From Mobula hypostoma (Eukaryota): DNA of 64,000 nucleotides. The DNA lies in contig NC_086097.1 in assembly GCF_963921235.1 (NCBI RefSeq), positions 158,660,001 through 158,724,000 on the forward strand, in the 5' to 3' direction. Numbering within the stretch: the first letter of the stretch is position 1; each line of letters begins with the position of its first letter. Positions 62,996 through 64,000 of this stretch are shown here, in pieces. The notes beneath the pieces were generated by a model. That model saw only the letters and a list, made by a program, of their open reading frames with translations, was not told the DNA's origin and ran no database searches. The position numbers were made by a program, and so were the translations under genes.

Positions 62996-63098
62996 CCAGT
63001 CCTCACGAAGGGTCTCAGCCCAAAACGTCAACAGTTTACTCTTTTCCATAGATGCTGCTTGGCCTTCTGAGTTCCTCCAGCATTTTGGATTTGTTGCT
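62996..63098 (+). mobile_element. Penelope-derived terminal fragment with a degenerate hammerhead motif
   Basis: cagtcctcacgaagggtctcagcccaaaacgtcaacag...gagttcctccagcatttt. Confidence 0.7.
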
Positions 63099-64000
63099 TT
63101 TAAATACCCTGATCTTTTTGGCCATTTTGGGCATTAATAACTCATGCACAATTAACTATCAGCTAATTCTCGAACAACATTGGGGCTATTAAATTTCTAC
63201 CCTGGATTTAGGCCAAGGTTTTAAATTATATATGTTTGATCTCAGGTGATGATGGGATTAGCTGTACTCAATAGGTCGGAATAGAAAAGTGTTATTGTCA
63301 GTAAGACTTTTACCTTACTCAATAACACAAATAAGCAAAAGTTAATGACATAGTTTTCAACACACCTTAGATATCTAAGACGTTTATTTCATTTTATTAT
63401 TGAGGTACAGCATGGAATAGGCCCTTCGCAATCCCCCAATCTAATCACGGCACAGTTTACAATGACCAATCAACCTACCAATCTTCACCTATATGGTAAC
63501 TTCTACTTTGAAAAGGCACACTTGACAACTTCATGCCAAAGAAACAACTTTTATCTCGAACTTCAAAAAGTTACCTATATACAGAGGGTTTCACAACCCG
63601 TATGGCATGGCAGGAACACTATGTACACGAGGGCCACCGGAAGAACAACAAACGGAAGTAGACCCCTGCCCCCCCATATCCTAATCAGTATTAACTTACT
63701 TTTAATTACGCTCACATTACAACACTTCTCTCCCTTTAAAATCCAATATCCCCAAATGTAAAAAAACTAGGAAATAAAAAAACAGTGGTGTTATTAACTA
63801 GCGTACCCCTGAAAACTTATACTAGTACCTTAGCAACAGTTTACCAATACAAAACATTTGGAAAACGTGACAGATTCAACATTCAATCTAACAACACCAA
63901 ATAAACTGTTCCATCAAAGATTCAGTCTGTTAGGAGGATACGAGTGCACTGTGATCTGCGCACTACCCCCGGTGACCCAGCAGGCACCGCTGGTAAGGGT

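Noticed and set aside
45438..64000. Further TSNARE1 exons (SNARE domain) downstream, and the preceding exon in 1-17355
   Set aside because: I found no AG...GT segment translating to the expected sequence; they probably lie outside the window, though a diverged small exon could have been missed by eye.

Overview
Eukaryotic (vertebrate) intronic DNA. The repeat families suggest a cartilaginous fish, probably a ray; this is an inference. The only host coding sequence I can support is three small + strand exons (17356-17446, 33885-33959, 45384-45437). They splice in frame to [73 protein letters not shown], which matches the syntaxin-like region of TSNARE1 as I recall it. The rest of the window is dominated by mostly decayed and often nested transposable elements: two near full-length CR1 LINEs and several truncated ones, Rex1/Babar-type LINEs, L1/Tx1 3' fragments, Penelope-like elements (one with an uninterrupted RT-to-GIY-YIG frame and a minimal hammerhead-ribozyme motif), tRNA-derived and V-type SINEs, a ~640-bp non-coding retroposon family in five copies, hAT and Tc1/mariner derivatives, and a 40-bp minisatellite that arose inside a dead LINE RT. 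Most ORFs in the supplied track are TE fragments or their antisense shadows. I see no prokaryotic-type system and no CRISPR array. I cannot claim a new biological system. The best candidates for a second look are the hammerhead motif family, the 640-bp retroposon and the fold-back mariner MITE.
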